From the human T2T-CHM13v2.0 reference genome, Homo sapiens: a DNA stretch of 64,000 nucleotides. Both the position numbers and the translations under genes were made by a program. Each line of letters opens with the position of its first letter. The first letter of the stretch is position 1. Below are positions 1-17,928 of this stretch, in pieces. The stretch lies in the NCBI RefSeq assembly GCF_009914755.1, contig NC_060926.1; one strand, given 5' to 3'. Below the pieces are notes generated by a model that made no database searches, was not told where the DNA came from, and saw only the letters and a list, made by a program, of their open reading frames with translations.

Positions 1-85
1 ACTTTCTCTCCAACTAACATGTAACAGCCTTTCAAATCCTGCCTGTTGGTTAAGACACTGAAAGCCCTGATTAAACTTCAAGACT

Positions 86-511
86 TGCTGTGTTTGATTC
101 CCTGGGGAGCAGACGCTGAGATGGAGATGTGCATGCAGGAAGTTGATTAGGCAGAGCCCTCAGGCTCCACACCTGTGGAAGGAAGAGAAGGAATCAGAAT
201 GGGCAGAGGGACAATTTGGGCTGCACTGCAGGTGCAAAAAGCCCTCAGCTGATTCCAGGGGAGCTCTGAAGCTAAGCTGGCTCTTCAGAGTTGTCCCACA
301 TTGAAACATGGGGCTCAAGCTTTTATATGTCCCTGTTGGTCAGTCAACTGATGCCAGGAAATGAGGCAAGAGTTTGGGCCAGGTGGCTCCCTTTAGCCAA
401 GACATTTCCCAAAGGTGGCTGAGGGCTGCCTGGCAGCAGTCTTCTCACCACTGGGGTGTAAATCCTCACTCTTGAGTGGGTAGCTGTAGAGCACAGCCAG
501 CATTCCCTGCA
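86..511 (-). mobile_element. Solo ERVL LTR, LTR16-like
   Basis: Motif order gattccctggggagcagacgctgagatggag...cacctgtggaagg...gggcagaggga...cttcagagttgtccc resembles the reverse of LTR16 and the LTRs at 18342 and 26073. Confidence 0.7.
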
Positions 512-809
512 TGTGTTAATGTGCAACTGTACTGGCCCTTTACTCTGAATCTGCTTCACCAGGGCAAGGCCAGGCAATAAAGAGATACTGACTGGGAGAG
601 TGAAAATGACAAGAAAGTTAATAGCAGGGACCCCCATCCAGGCAAAGCTCACCTGGGTCAGGTAAAATAGGGGACCCTGGACCACCAGGGGGAAACTGAG
701 AGCAATAGGGCCCTGGCAGAGGAGCAGGCACAAAGCAAGAAGGAAAGAAGACCACCATAATTAACCTTCACCAAGACGGGTAACTTAGTCAAGGACTGTT
801 ATAATAAAT

Positions 810-1035
810 AATAACGTATCTAGGATTGTTTGCATACCTACTATGCACCTAGCACTGAGTTTTTCAGAAACATCACACCTTAGGACACCTCAGCAAGATT
901 AGTATTATGAAGCCCATTTTATAGAAGAAGAAACTGAGATTCAGAAAGAAGATTCCTGCCAAGATTACAGAGCCTGGGTGTGGCAGGCCCATGATTAAGT
1001 CTTCCTGACTCCAAATCCATGCTGTTCTCACCTCA
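810..1035 (-). mobile_element. MIR SINE fragment
   Basis: cccattttatagaagaagaaactgagattcaga...tgccaagattacaga...tgactccaaatccatgct. Confidence 0.75.
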
Positions 1036-1279
1036 GAGCACCATGACTTTCCAGAGTCCCAGTATTCCAACGAGGTGTGTCAGGGCTCATCATGGAGTTT
1101 AAAAAGAAGGCCCAACGCCCACCCTGGCTTCAGCAAAGAAGCCTCTGCTTGTAGAAAGAGATTCAGTCAACATTCCATTGCGGATGAGAAAGACAGATAT
1201 GCAGGCACCACTCTGCTTCTGCCAGTACTGTCTGAATCTATGAAGGCTCTTCCTTGTGGACCACTTTCAGTCCAAGCAT

Positions 1280-1510
1280 ACAATGCAGCACAGTGGTTAA
1301 GATCATGTCCTCTGAGGTCAGACCACATGGGCTCAAATTCCTACCCAAGGAGCTCTGTGAACTTCAGCAATTATTTAACTTCCCTGTGCCTCAGTTTCCT
1401 CATCTGTAAAATTGAGGTTATAACAGAATTATCTTCTTAAGTTGTTGTGTAAATTAATTAACACATGTAAAATGCTTAGAATATTCAGCAAATACTAAGC
1501 ACTATATGAC
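1280..1510 (+). mobile_element. MIR SINE
   Basis: cagtggttaag...ggctcaaattcc...tgtgcctcagtttcctcatctgtaaaatt MIR core. Confidence 0.85.
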
Positions 1511-1519
1511 TGTTGTTTG

Positions 1520-2330
1520 ATTTGGATGTGGAGGGGAATGAGAATGGGATGCTAGTAATGACTCCAAGGTTTGGGGGAGTCTTCAGTGCACAGATGGTCT
1601 TTAATGCATAGGACGGAATGCATCCACTTAGGGATTGAGAAGAGACAGGGAAGAAGATAAGAAGATGTCAAACTGAGCCCTGGGACCATCCCGCCCCCCT
1701 CACCTTTAAAGGTCAAGAAGAGGACTGGGGTCTAGTACAGGAGAGTGAGGAGGGGAAAACCAATGGAATAGGGAAGTCAGTGTCCTAGAAGCCATGAGAA
1801 GAAAATGCTTTAAGAAAGTTGTGAACAACCTTCAAATGCTGCCACAAAACTGATTAGGTAAGATAATGAAGGAAAGCTGACCACTGGATTTGGAAATATG
1901 GTAGTATTGATAAGCTTGACAAGAGCATCTTGGTAGAGAGTCAGGGACAAGGTCCTGCTGTGCATTATTTCATGGAAAAGGAGGAGCCGAGGAAGCACTA
2001 ATTACTCTTTGAAAAGCTTTGCTGTAAAGCCAAATCAGGTGGAAGTGGGAAGTGATTGAAGATAATAGAGAATTATTGAAGATGGAAGATATTAAGGTAT
2101 GCTATAGGCTCATAAGAATGACCCAGGAGAAAAAAAAAATGATAAAGTGAGAGAGAGAAGGGCTGATGGCTCAAGCAATGCCCTTGGGTAGGGGAGAATG
2201 GATGGGATCTAGAGTGCAAGGAGACAGGCCAGGTTCATTTGTACCTGAGGGAGGACAAGGATGGGAGCACAGGTACAGCAGGTGGTAGAGTGGGTGAAAA
2301 ACATGGGGCCAGGAGTCTTTCCTAACACAA
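1520..2330 (-). mobile_element. L2 LINE fragment
   Basis: Purine-rich L2-type motifs: gatgactccaaggtttgg, actgagccctggga, tcaaatgctgc, ccactggatttgg. Confidence 0.7.
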
Positions 2331-3724
2331 TATTGATTATCTCTTCTAATCAGGAAACTGATGGCCCAAGACCTTAGGAGAGTTTCTAAATCATACAGCT
2401 GGTTAACAGCAAAACCACTCTTATTTCCCCTATGAAATTATCCTACCACATCTCAACCCCATTGAAAATGTGTGTTACTCTTCCTGCAACTGGCTGGATT
2501 GTTCCTTACAGACTCATGGTTGTTGTTTTATTTGTTTTGTTTTGTTTTTACTGATCCTGGGTTTCTCTTGAACTCTTTGGTCATCTGCCAGCACTAATGT
2601 AATGAGAAGTTTGGAATTGTGCCCTGAATTTCCACTTGCAGAGATTTTTAAATCTCCCATTGACCATTTCAGAGGAAGAAGTATGTAAATTTAAAAAAAT
2701 AGGATCCATTGGGTCCACCTGACGTTTCTTCATGATGGGGGCAGGTAACCCCTGACTTGGGACTGCAGTGCCCAACAGAGTGTCCTCCCCACAATGGATG
2801 TTTGTGGAAATCTATTGAACAACTCAGTGAACCATTTATATTATAAGCTGCTGGAACTTCTGTAACTGAGCCAATTCTCTCTCAGGCCTAATATTCATTC
2901 CAGTGTTTCTACTGTGAATGCAGCACACCTAAGGGCTGGTCCTTTTCAGATTTGTTTCTAGGCTGACAATTGAACAATAATTCACAGTCATCTACAAAAT
3001 TCACAGTAATTTCAAATTACATAGGCCCAATTATTGGTGCCAAGCCCCAGGGGTTAACTGCTAGGTTACCATCAGAAAACAACAAGTTTAACCACAGGAT
3101 GGCTAAACCAGGGTATCATAAAGACCGAGTCAGAAGCCTATATGGTGTGTATATTCCATGTGGCCCTTGAAGGGACTTCTGCTTGGCACAATGGAGACCA
3201 GCTAGATATGGAGAAGTGACCAGGTACATTCCAATCTCTGTCTATTCATAGGTTCCTGAGCCATTCTTGACCTCAGAAGGCTACCTACTAATCCCTGCTA
3301 TCATTTTAATTGGTTGTCAAGCTGTGAATTCTCTGCCAGACTTCCCCCAATGCAGGCAGCCCTTCTTTCCTCAGGAGTCTAGGGAGCACGTTACCTTCTA
3401 CCCCTGCTCACAGGAATGTGGTAGTGCCCAGGGCAAGAGAGGGGCTCACACCTGCTGCATGAAAGAGGGTATAAATGAGGATTTGAATCACAACATCAGA
3501 TTTTTTCATCTTCTGATTTAAATGTTAACCTTCAATGAAAACATTGCAATGGTCAGGAATTTAACAAATTATTAGAAGAAAACTAGAGGAGTAAACTTGA
3601 GTTCTTTCCTCTCAAAAGGAAGATGATGTCATGGAATAACCAGTGAGAGTAATCAATGGGATGTTGTCAGAGTACAACAATATTTGTCCATGAGGTGGCT
3701 TGTGCTCTCTGCCATAGACAATGC

Positions 3725-3890
3725 TGAGCTTTGGGAGCCACACAAAATTTAAACCTAATCACAGCCCCACCTTTACTAGCCATGTGACCTTAAGCCAGTC
3801 ACGTAACCTCTCTAAGCCTCATATTCCTTGACTGTAAAATAGTATCTATACTCCAGAGTAGTTGGGAAGATTAAATGAGATAAACATACA
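3725..3890 (+). mobile_element. MIR SINE
   Basis: actagccatgtgaccttaagccagtcacgtaacctctctaagcctca...ctgtaaaat...gattaaatgagataa. Confidence 0.8.
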
Positions 3891-4864
3891 AGAGGATCAG
3901 CCTGGAGCCTGCCCCCTTCTGGAAGCTCACTCATCCTGAGCTCTTTCCTCCACACCATGATGGGTGATGAGCCACCAGTCACTCAGGAAATGTTAAGAAC
4001 TTTTAAATCACCTACTGTGCCCACATATGTAGCCAGCACTTCAGGTGGTGAATGTATACGTAAATGCATTTTCCTAATGTTTCTTTCTGGCCTATTCAAT
4101 TCTTGATGTAGCATTTCAATTTAACAGGCCAAGCTAATGGGAGTAGCTGGTTAACACACAAAAATTAGTGAATATCATTTCCGATGTCTAAATGCTGAAG
4201 AAAAAATAATATTTGAGGCACATTCTACTTTTTGCTAAAGAATGGAGTAAAATCAGTGTGGATAACATTGGGGCATCTATTGCCCTGGGAATACATGCTA
4301 ATTTAAAACAGAGAGGAACAGAAAGGGATGAGTGATCTGCGACACTCAAACATCTGGATCCGGTAAGAAATTTCAAATCTGACTGTTTGTATTTTAAACC
4401 TTAGGGCAGGAATGATGTCTTTTTTAATCCGTACAGCCCCAAGGATGCTGTTGGCGCTCCACAAGCTGAAATAAAATAGTATTATTTATAGTTTGCCATG
4501 TACATTTTGTCAAGCCTCTTGAGTCTGATACATCCAGTTGGGATGACTCCTAGCAGCTACTTAGACACTAATTTCTAAGGATATGACAGAGTTTTCTTCT
4601 CCTTTCTTTCCAGAACTGGTTGCTGTGGGCATCCTCCAAGTATAAAGAAATCACTCACCATCCAGGGAGCCCTCCTGAATTATCAGAGGAGCTGCCAGTA
4701 CTCCCAGCCCACTTTCTCTCGCCATGAATCTCCGTTGGTTGCTCTTCTAATAGCCATCTAGAAAAAGGTTTATGCATGTCTCTCATCCCCATAATATAAA
4801 AATTGCTAAACTAACTTATTGTGTATAACAATTAAACTAATATGCAATATCTAATTACTAGGTA

Positions 4865-5098
4865 ACATGTAACTGCGAGCAGACTATCATGGTTCAAATC
4901 CCAGCTCTGCCGCTTATCAGCTATATGACTAGCAAGTCTTCCAACACTTTGTGCTTCATTTCTTTACGGATAAAAGTGGGACTTTATTATTACTTATTTT
5001 ACAGCGTGGTTATAAAGAGTTGAATGGATTAATACATGTATAACATATTTAGAACAGTTCCTGGCACACAGTAAGGACCATTGAAGTATTGGCTATTT
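4865..5098 (+). mobile_element. MIR SINE
   Basis: ggttcaaatcccagctctgccgctta...ttagaacagttcctggcacacagtaag. Confidence 0.8.
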
Positions 5099-5599
5099 TT
5101 GTAAGAGCTGAAAGACACAGCTAATGTTCAGTGCAAAGCAAAGCACCCAAAACCCATTTGTAACGAAATAATTTAGTTAACCATATCAGTCACAGAAAAC
5201 TCAGCCACACAATCTCTCCATTTGGCTTCCTTCTCTGACAAAAATAATGTCATCAAAACAACTACTGTCTAACACAAACCCAATGATAGTTGTCAACTGT
5301 AATGTAAAAACTGCCCATTCAGAAACCTGCCTTACTCCATTTTGAAAAAGTTGAACACGAACAGCTAAGTTTGTTGGAAAAAAAGGAAAAAAAAAGAATG
5401 CCTGTGATACTAACTTTTGAGGTCAGTTTATTTGAGTGAAGCACAGTAAGGCACTCAGAGCAATTCACAGAAGGGACATCACAGAGGCACTGCCTCTTCC
5501 CCACTCACTCATCCTTGCGCTTCAGCCAGGCCTAACTACTCACCGCCCTCCAATACACGCGGTGTCCTGTGCCGGTCATTCTTGTAAGCGATGCTCCAT

Positions 5600-5900
5600 C
5601 CACCTAAACAGCCCAATCTCTCCCTACCACCTTGTCCTCTCTGGAAACTCTATTCAATTTGACTCAACAAATTTCTCCTCAAAATATCCCCTGATTTCCA
5701 AGCAAATTTGATACCTCTCTGCTTTATATTCTACAAAGCTCATCCTTTGAATTGCTTTCTTACAGTTTATTCTTTTGTCTCTCATTGCTATTAAACACTG
5801 AGATTCTTGAAGGCAAGGATTGTCCCTGATGTTTTTTTACATCCCTAACTTCTAGAAAAATGAAAGGTATGTAATAGAAAAGTGATAACTGCTTGATATT
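5600..5900 (+). mobile_element. L2 3' fragment
   Basis: ctgagattcttgaaggcaaggattgtc, typical of the L2 3' end; heavily diverged. Confidence 0.55.
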
Positions 5901-7626
5901 TTCATTAATTCAAATATCGGTAGGGGGAAGCCTTTTTTAAAAAAGAAATTAGAAGCATACCTGTATGCATAAAACATAGATCACCACTTAACAATTTCCT
6001 GAGGTTTTGACCTGCCAAGAGACTTCCCCAAGTCTCAGATCACCTTATTAACAAAATAAAACAAAAATGGGAAACGGAAAAACTCCTGTGAAGTGAGAGG
6101 CTGAGAATTCCAATATACTAAAATGTGTCCTGGTTCTAACTTAGGAACCCATTTCAGAAAATCAGAAATATCAGTTAGACACTGTTTTGATTCCTTCATT
6201 AAAGCCCAGATGAAGGGAAATCACCATCTACAAGTGAATCCTTGCACAGAAGACAACACATGATCAGAGGCTCTAGCTGGTGCACATTGGCAATGGGAGA
6301 AGGAAGGAGCAGAGAATGAAATTAATTTTTCTAAATTATTAATCTAGGCTAATAGATTAAACTATTAATCTAGGAATTTCAAGACAAAAAATAATCAGTT
6401 CTATGATTTATTTCATTCTGTACCTATATCTCACCCTCCTTGTCCAAAGTAATTTTCTGCCCCAAAATAATAAAACATTCAATATTAGTCACTTTATTTG
6501 TGCCAGAAAATCAGACTCATGTACTATATTCATATCAGAAAGAAGCATATATTACAGGAGTTAGTCAAACACACTATATAAAATTCATCCCAGCAGCCCT
6601 TTGTCAGATTCAAACCTGGGTAGAAGTCAGTTCAAGAGTGTATATCAAGAGTGACACCTATAGATGTATTAAGAAATGTGTTTATCATCTCACAGTAGAG
6701 AAGTAGGCTACATTATTTTTCAGTTTCATACCAAGTACCCCTATTATACTTTCATTATTTAAAGCATTTATTTACCACATATTTGCCCTTCTTTCATCTG
6801 TTTTCTTTCTTAAAACTGAAGTCTAAAGTGTCCAGAATGTCAAACACACAATGCATTTACATTTAAGTCAAACTCGTTTTCATACACAAAACAAAAAGCA
6901 GAAAATTAATCAGCTTATCCATTTTAACACAGGAAGAATGGAATGTCTCACCAAAGTTAATCTGCCTAAAGATAAACACAGTAAAGAAAACTGAACGTGA
7001 AAAAACGAATTAATCAATCCAGTGACAACTTTGAGGTGCTTGGTGAAAATAGAAGTTACCTGGCAAACATCCTCTTCAAAGTCAAAACCTTCAATCAGAA
7101 TAAAGCAAGGCAGAGTGTAATCTCAACAGCTCATAGTGTGTCACTCAAACCATAAAGTCCTATGCAATTGAATTACAACATAGAAAATAGATTAATTTTG
7201 TATTAGCACTCTCTACACTTGCTCCAAAAACAACATCCAGGGATCTTAAGTTCTCTGAATAAATTTGATTATATTTATTTGTCCTGGTCAGAGCCCTGTA
7301 GCAACTCAGAGTAGGTGGCTTCACTTCCCACATCACACCAATCTCACAGTACAAACAGGATCAGAGTTCTGTAAATAAATAATGTCTACACAATAGCATA
7401 AAAATAGTTGAAAACAAAAAGTTTCAACAGAAATTTTCATAAAATAATATAAAGTTATGGTTTTAGATCATTTTCTCCCACTGAATTAATTAAAATAAAC
7501 TTTGGTTTTAAAAAAACAAGCACAAAAATAAACACAAAAACCCAATCTTCACTGGAAGCAATCAAAATCAAAGGTAAACACTACTACTATCAAGTGCTAT
7601 CCCCAGTTAATAGAAATAAAGAGGAA

Positions 7627-8146
<520 letters not shown>

Positions 8147-8688
8147 TTAAAGTCTAAAAATGCTGGAACGAACACACTGAAAACTAATCAATATATTTTC
8201 TGGCAGACAAAGAACATTAATAGTAACAATAGCATTACGTAGGAGAGAAAAAAATACACTAAATCTGAAAACTTTGGTTCTAGTTTATTTTCGTTTTAAC
8301 CTGGATGGACTTGGAAAAGATGAAAATCTTTGAATAAACCTCTAACTTTGTATTTCCTTACCTGTAAAAAAGAGTTCATAGGGAGGAGCCAAGATGGCCA
8401 CATAGGAACAGCTCCTGTCTGCAGCTCCCAGCGTGAGCGACGAAGAAGACGGGTGATTTCAGCATTTCCATCTGAGGTACCGGGTTCATCTCACCAGGGA
8501 GTGCCAGACAGCGGGTGCAGGTCAGTGGGTGCGCGCCCCGTGCGCGAGCCGAAGCAGGGCGAGGCATTGCCTCACTCAGGAAGCCCAAGGGGTAAGGGAG
8601 TTCCCTTTCCTAGTCAAAGAAAGGGGTGTCGGACGGCACCTGGAAAATCGGGTCACTCCCACCTGAATACTGCGCTTTTCCGACAGGC

Positions 8689-8829
8689 TTAAAAAAGGCT
8701 CATCACGAGATTATGTCCTGCACCTGGCTCGGAGGGTCCTACGCCCACGGAGTCTCGCTGATTGCTAGCACAGCAGTCTGAGATCAAACTGCAAGGCGGC
8801 AGCGAGGCTGGGGGAGGGGCGCCCGCCAT
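8689..8829 (-). pseudogene. ORF0: L1 antisense ORF0, truncated to 46 aa (copy 1)
   Basis: MAGAPPPASLPPCSLISDCCASNQRDSVGVGPSEPG matches the ORF0 N-terminus; ends LVMSLF-stop. Confidence 0.85.
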
Positions 8830-9284
8830 TGCCCAGGCTTGATTCGGTAAACAAAGCAGCCTGGAAGCTCCAACTGGGTGGAGCCCACCACAGCTCAAGG
8901 AGGCCTGCCTGCCTCTGTAGGCTCCACCTCTGGGGGCAGGGCACAGACAAACAAAAACACAGCAGTAACCTCTGCAGACTTCAATGTCCCTGTCTGACAG
9001 CTTTGAAGAGAGCAGTGGTTCTCCCAGCATGCAGCTGGAGATCTGAGAACGGGCAGACTGCCTCCTCAGGTGGGTCCCTGACCCCTGACCCCCGAGCAGC
9101 CTAACTGGGAGGCACCCCCCAGAAGGGGCACACCGACACCTCACACTGCAGGGTACTCCAAAAGACCTGCAGCTGAGGGTCCTCTCTGTTAGAAGGAAAA
9201 CTAACAAACAGAAAGGACATCCACACCAAAAACCCATCTGTACATCACCATCATCAAAGACCAAAAGTAGATAAAACCACAAAG

Positions 9285-10300
9285 ATTGGGAAAAAACAGA
9301 ACAGAAAAACTGGAAACTCTAAAACGCAGAGCGCCTCTCCTCCTCCAAAGGAATGTAGTTCCTCACCAGCAACGGAACAAATCTGGATGGAGAATGACTT
9401 TGATGAGCTGAGAGAAGAAGGCTTCAGACAATCAAATTACTCTGAGCTACGGAAGGACATTCAAACCAAAGGCAAAGAAGTTGAAAACTTTGAAAAAAAT
9501 TTAGAAGAATGTAAAACTAGAATAACCAATACAGAGAAGTGCTTAAAGGAGCTGATGGAGCTGAAAACCAAGGCTCGAGAACTACGTGAAGAATGCAGAA
9601 GCCTCAGGAGCCGATGCAATCAACTGGAAGAAAGGGTATCAGCGATGGAAGATGAAATGAATGAAATGAAGCGAGAAGGGAAGTTTAGAGAAAAAAGAAT
9701 AAAAAGAAATGAGCAAAGCCTCCAAGAAATATGGGACTATGTGAAAGACCAAATCTACGTCCGATTGGTGTACCTGAAAGTGACGGGGAGAATGGAACCA
9801 AGTTGGAAAACACTCTGCAGGATACTATCCAGGAGAACTTCCCCAATCTAGCAAGGCAGGCCAACGTTCAGATTCAGGAAATACAGAGAACACCACAAAG
9901 ATACTCCTCGAGAAGAGCAACTCCAAGACACATAATTGTCAGATTCACCAAAGTTGAAATGAAGGAAAAAATGTTAAGGGCAGCCAGAGAGAAAGGTCGG
10001 GTTACCCTCAAAGGGAAGCCCATCAGACTAACAGCGGATCTCTCGGCAGAAACCCTGCAAGCCAGAAGAGAGTGGGGGCCAATATTCAACATTCTTAAAG
10101 AAAAGAATTTTCAACCCAGAATTTCATATCCAGCCAAACTAAGCTTCATAAGTGAAGGAGAAATAAAATACTTTACAGACAAGCAAATGCTGAGAGATTT
10201 TGTCACCACCAGGCCTGCCCTAAAAGAGCTCCTGAAGGAAGTGCTAAACATGGAAAGGAACAACCGGTACCAGCCGCTGCAAAATCATGCCAAAATGTAA
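9285..10300 (+). pseudogene. L1 ORF1p, disrupted (copy 1)
   Basis: Start codon is ATT (9285-9287); 1-nt frameshift near 9745; fragments 9387-9851 and 9731-10300 match ORF1p, ending QNHAKM. Confidence 0.95.
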
Positions 10301-10363
10301 AGACCATCCAGACTAGGAAGAAACTGCATCAACTAATGAGCAAAATAACCAGCTAACATCATC

Positions 10364-14192
<3,829 letters not shown>

Positions 14193-15469
14193 TGAGATCA
14201 CATGGACACAGGAAGGGGAACATCACACTCTGGAACTGTTGTGGGGTGGGGGGAGAGGGGAGGGATAGCATTAGGAGATATACCTAATGCTAGATGACGA
14301 GTTAGTGGGTGCAGCGCACCAGCATGGCACATGTATACATATGTAACTAACCTGCACAATGTGCACATGTACCCTAAAACTTAAAGTATAATAATAAAAG
14401 AAAGAAAAAAAAAAGAGTTCATAGCTGACCCCATTTAACTCTAAGGATATAAACAGCCTTAGAAGTCATCATCATCACCACCATCATATTCATTATTCCC
14501 TCACCACCACTACCATTAGATAAATTATGGTCTGAGTCTATTTACACAATGTTATTATTTGTTACTCAATTCAACATGAATGTCAAAGACTTAATGGCCT
14601 AATTTCATCTTTAAAACATGGCCTGGAAAAAATTAACAGTACTAAACATTTTTGGTTTGAGCTAGAATTTGTGTAAGAACAGGCACATTATATTGTCCAG
14701 TTGACCCCAGTACCAGATTTATATAGTAATATTCATTTATCTTTTCTTCCAATTACCAAAGTAATAGGATTAATTCATGAGTAGACAATTTGGAAACTTT
14801 TGAAAAATGTAAAGAAGAAAATTCATTCCCACCTCAACCAATACCATCACCCTGAAAAACAGTGCTGTTAGCAAGTTGATGTCATTGTTAATAGATTTTA
14901 TTTCATTTTTGTGATGTTGGGAAGGATGTAAGAATTATACATATTTTCCAAGAGCTGCTTTTTGATTAACCAGTTATATTGTTGTTTTGTTTTATTTTCA
15001 TTAAGCTGTGCTCTTGTGGCTGTAGAATATAAGTGACCTGAAGTGTTTAAATAAAACCTTTAACACAAGCTATATTCATTCTCAAATAAAAGAAGGTAAA
15101 GAGGCAAAGGATTCCAAGTGACTGAATCCGATTCCATTTTTATCTTGGAAACATAAAAATAAGCTACATGGTATTTTTAAATATACTCGCACTGAGAATT
15201 TAAAATTACAACCTCCAGTGGAAGTAAGGTATGTGCTCTAATAAGCAAGCTCTACAGAGCTGTTCCCGTGAAAGCACTCAGAACAAGGGTCATCAAGGAT
15301 GCCACATGCCTGAGGTTGTCCCTTTTTGCCCATCCTTTTGATAAAAGTCACCCTCCCACTGGCAGCAGAAATCAAGATGTGGGGAAGAACCAGAGAGCAG
15401 GAGATGCTTTTGCAGACCATTGGAAACACCCAAGCATAAGGTCAGGCAAGCGTGAAGCAGGCTGACCCC

Positions 15470-15690
15470 TCAGAGTTGTCAGGCCTTCTCAGTGAGGCCT
15501 TCCCTGACCGTCCACATAGAGGCCCTCCTTGCTTGCATCCCCTTAGCTCCCTGTGCTTACTTCTGCGGAAGCATCCATTGCACTGAACCTGCACGCACTT
15601 GCTTATATGGTCTCTATCCCCCTTCTCTGTATCTCTTACAAACACCCACCCCTCAAGAAAATCTGATGAGTAAATTAATGAACAAATGAA
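15470..15690 (+). mobile_element. L2 3' fragment
   Basis: ccttctcagtgaggccttccctgacc...aatgaacaaatgaa. Confidence 0.6.
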
Positions 15691-15748
15691 GTTTGCCTGT
15701 TTCATGGCTTTATCATAGCCATTCACAAAAATCAGTTCTATGTTAAAT

Positions 15749-15772
15749 ACACACACACACACACACACACAC
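15749..15772. repeat. (AC)n microsatellite
   Basis: Directly visible. Confidence 0.95.
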
Positions 15773-17928
15773 ATACAAGCTTTTTAAATCTTCAGAGAAA
15801 TCCCTTGAGAAGATGCAAACATCATCCACCTGACTTCCCCAGAGTCCCAGCAATCACAACAGTCTCTCTCAATCTTCCTTCTTTTTCTCTCCGCAGGCTG
15901 CTTCTTTGCTCTCTCAAAATTCCAACCACCCTGCTGGCCCATTTGAGCATTATAGGAACTGCTCCAATCTTTTCTTAATGAATATCAATTTATGTTTGCT
16001 CCATATTCATTCCAAAGTTAAACTGATTACTTAGATCGGCACAACAAAAGTCCAGGCTCGGTAGCCTCCTGAGAGCAAAGAATCCCTCTTTCTCAGAGCA
16101 GCCTTGAGGGAAGGGTATAAATACCGAAACATTAATATTGTTATCCTTGTCACATAAAAAAAATGAATTAATGATTTCCTGGATCCTCTCTGAGGATGAC
16201 CTCAATGCCTCCATCTTGTGATCTTTTCATCTTATTACCATTTCTTCCCTAAAGTCTTCCCTCCTTAGATTCAGGAACTGTCATCTGTAAGTAATGGGCC
16301 ATGTACACAGACCCTGTTTCTGTGATATACACAGCTGGGGGAATATTTCCACCCCACCCCCGTGTCTCCACAGGGTGCTCAATGCCTGTGTGTCATCCCT
16401 AAGCAATTTTCATCAACTCGCTCAGAACTTGCCTGAGGAGAATGGGGGCTGGAGCGGAACTGTCTCTTTAATGGGATTTTAATGTGATCTTCGGCAAACT
16501 AATCTTATTTAGATATCATAGGAAGCCATGTAATCTCATCTGGGCACTCTTATTTCCTACAGAAAAAGGAAAGATTTATAATTCATTTTCAGCAACAGGA
16601 ACACTTTAATAAAATCTGCTTCAGAAGGTTAAATGATCAGACAAACAGCTGCAGCCCCAAGACCCTATATCCATCTCATTGATTGGAGCAACCATGACAA
16701 CAAAATGACCACTCCAAAGGTTGTTTAAATTAAATCTATGCTAAGAGCTTATGCTACTGTCATATGCCTCTTTTCTTGCCAGTGTTTTAGAGTCATGCAC
16801 TTAAGTGTTGAGGGAGGGTATGATGAAATGAGGCAGTGACTGAGAGGACTGGGTCCCTGCCATAGTTCTGCTACCTGGAAACTGGTGCCACCTTGAATTT
16901 AAGCTTCGGTTTCATTACTAAAAATAATGAAGCAACTACCCAGATTAAGACCAATGGTAGGCTCATGAGCAGGTGCTCCTTCAGAACTGTATATTTCAAA
17001 TGTCAGCCCAAAGCATGGATAGAGGAGAGGCTGGAGACCATCATGAAGCAAAAGCACAGAGGAGGAAGACAGAGGTGATTGTGCCATTCTCTCTATTATT
17101 GACTCTAGCAGTCCAGCTTCAGTCCAAGCATGTATAAGTCACTGGGATTCTCATTCTGGGAAATGCAATCTTCTCCATCTCAGACAGAGATGTTTTAATG
17201 CCTCACAGATTGGCTTCCTAGAAACCCCTCTAAGCATTATATCCTTAATCCAGCCATGCCTACTTCAAAAAATGCACTGGAACATCTAGAAAATTACTAT
17301 TCATCAAGTTGAACAAATTAGAAATCTGTGAGTTATCTCTACTCCAGACCTTTCTTCTGTATGTAAATTTCTCTTACTCCAAAGTTTGAGCTCCTTCCAA
17401 AAAAAATGGGGGCTTGTCCATCAGTCTCCCCATGCAGCTAGCACAGAACCTGGCATATAATAAAGATTTGTGCTGAATGAATGTTTGTTGGGCAAGATAA
17501 TGAATCTATATGTCATGCCTATGAGCTACAGGTCCCGGGGGTCTGTAGATATTATCTTCTTTAGTTCTCACCCCCCAAAAAAACCCACAAAATAGGCATT
17601 GTTTCCTTTTTAGAGACTAATAAAACTAAAGCTTAGAAAATGTGATTTGTCCAACATGCAAGTTGACATTTAAATTCTGAATTCTCTGATTCCAAAGTTA
17701 GGTTTTTTTCATTGTATCATGATTTCTCATGAGTTTCTATATAAACTATGAGTTAGTATTAATATTAGTTGATCAAAAGTATAAGCCATTGGTTTCTTTT
17801 AAAAATAAGTTAGTTCTTAAACACTCTAAACTTGCTTAAACACCAGAAAGTAAACAATTAATTGTCAAGACTGAACCCCTTTGCTGGGGGATTAAATCAG
17901 TCATATCTGCTGAGGTGTCTTCTCCCCC

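Noticed and set aside
8382-8900. CpG-rich patch as a host gene promoter (also 34453-34970)
   Set aside because: Fully explained by the L1 5'UTR.
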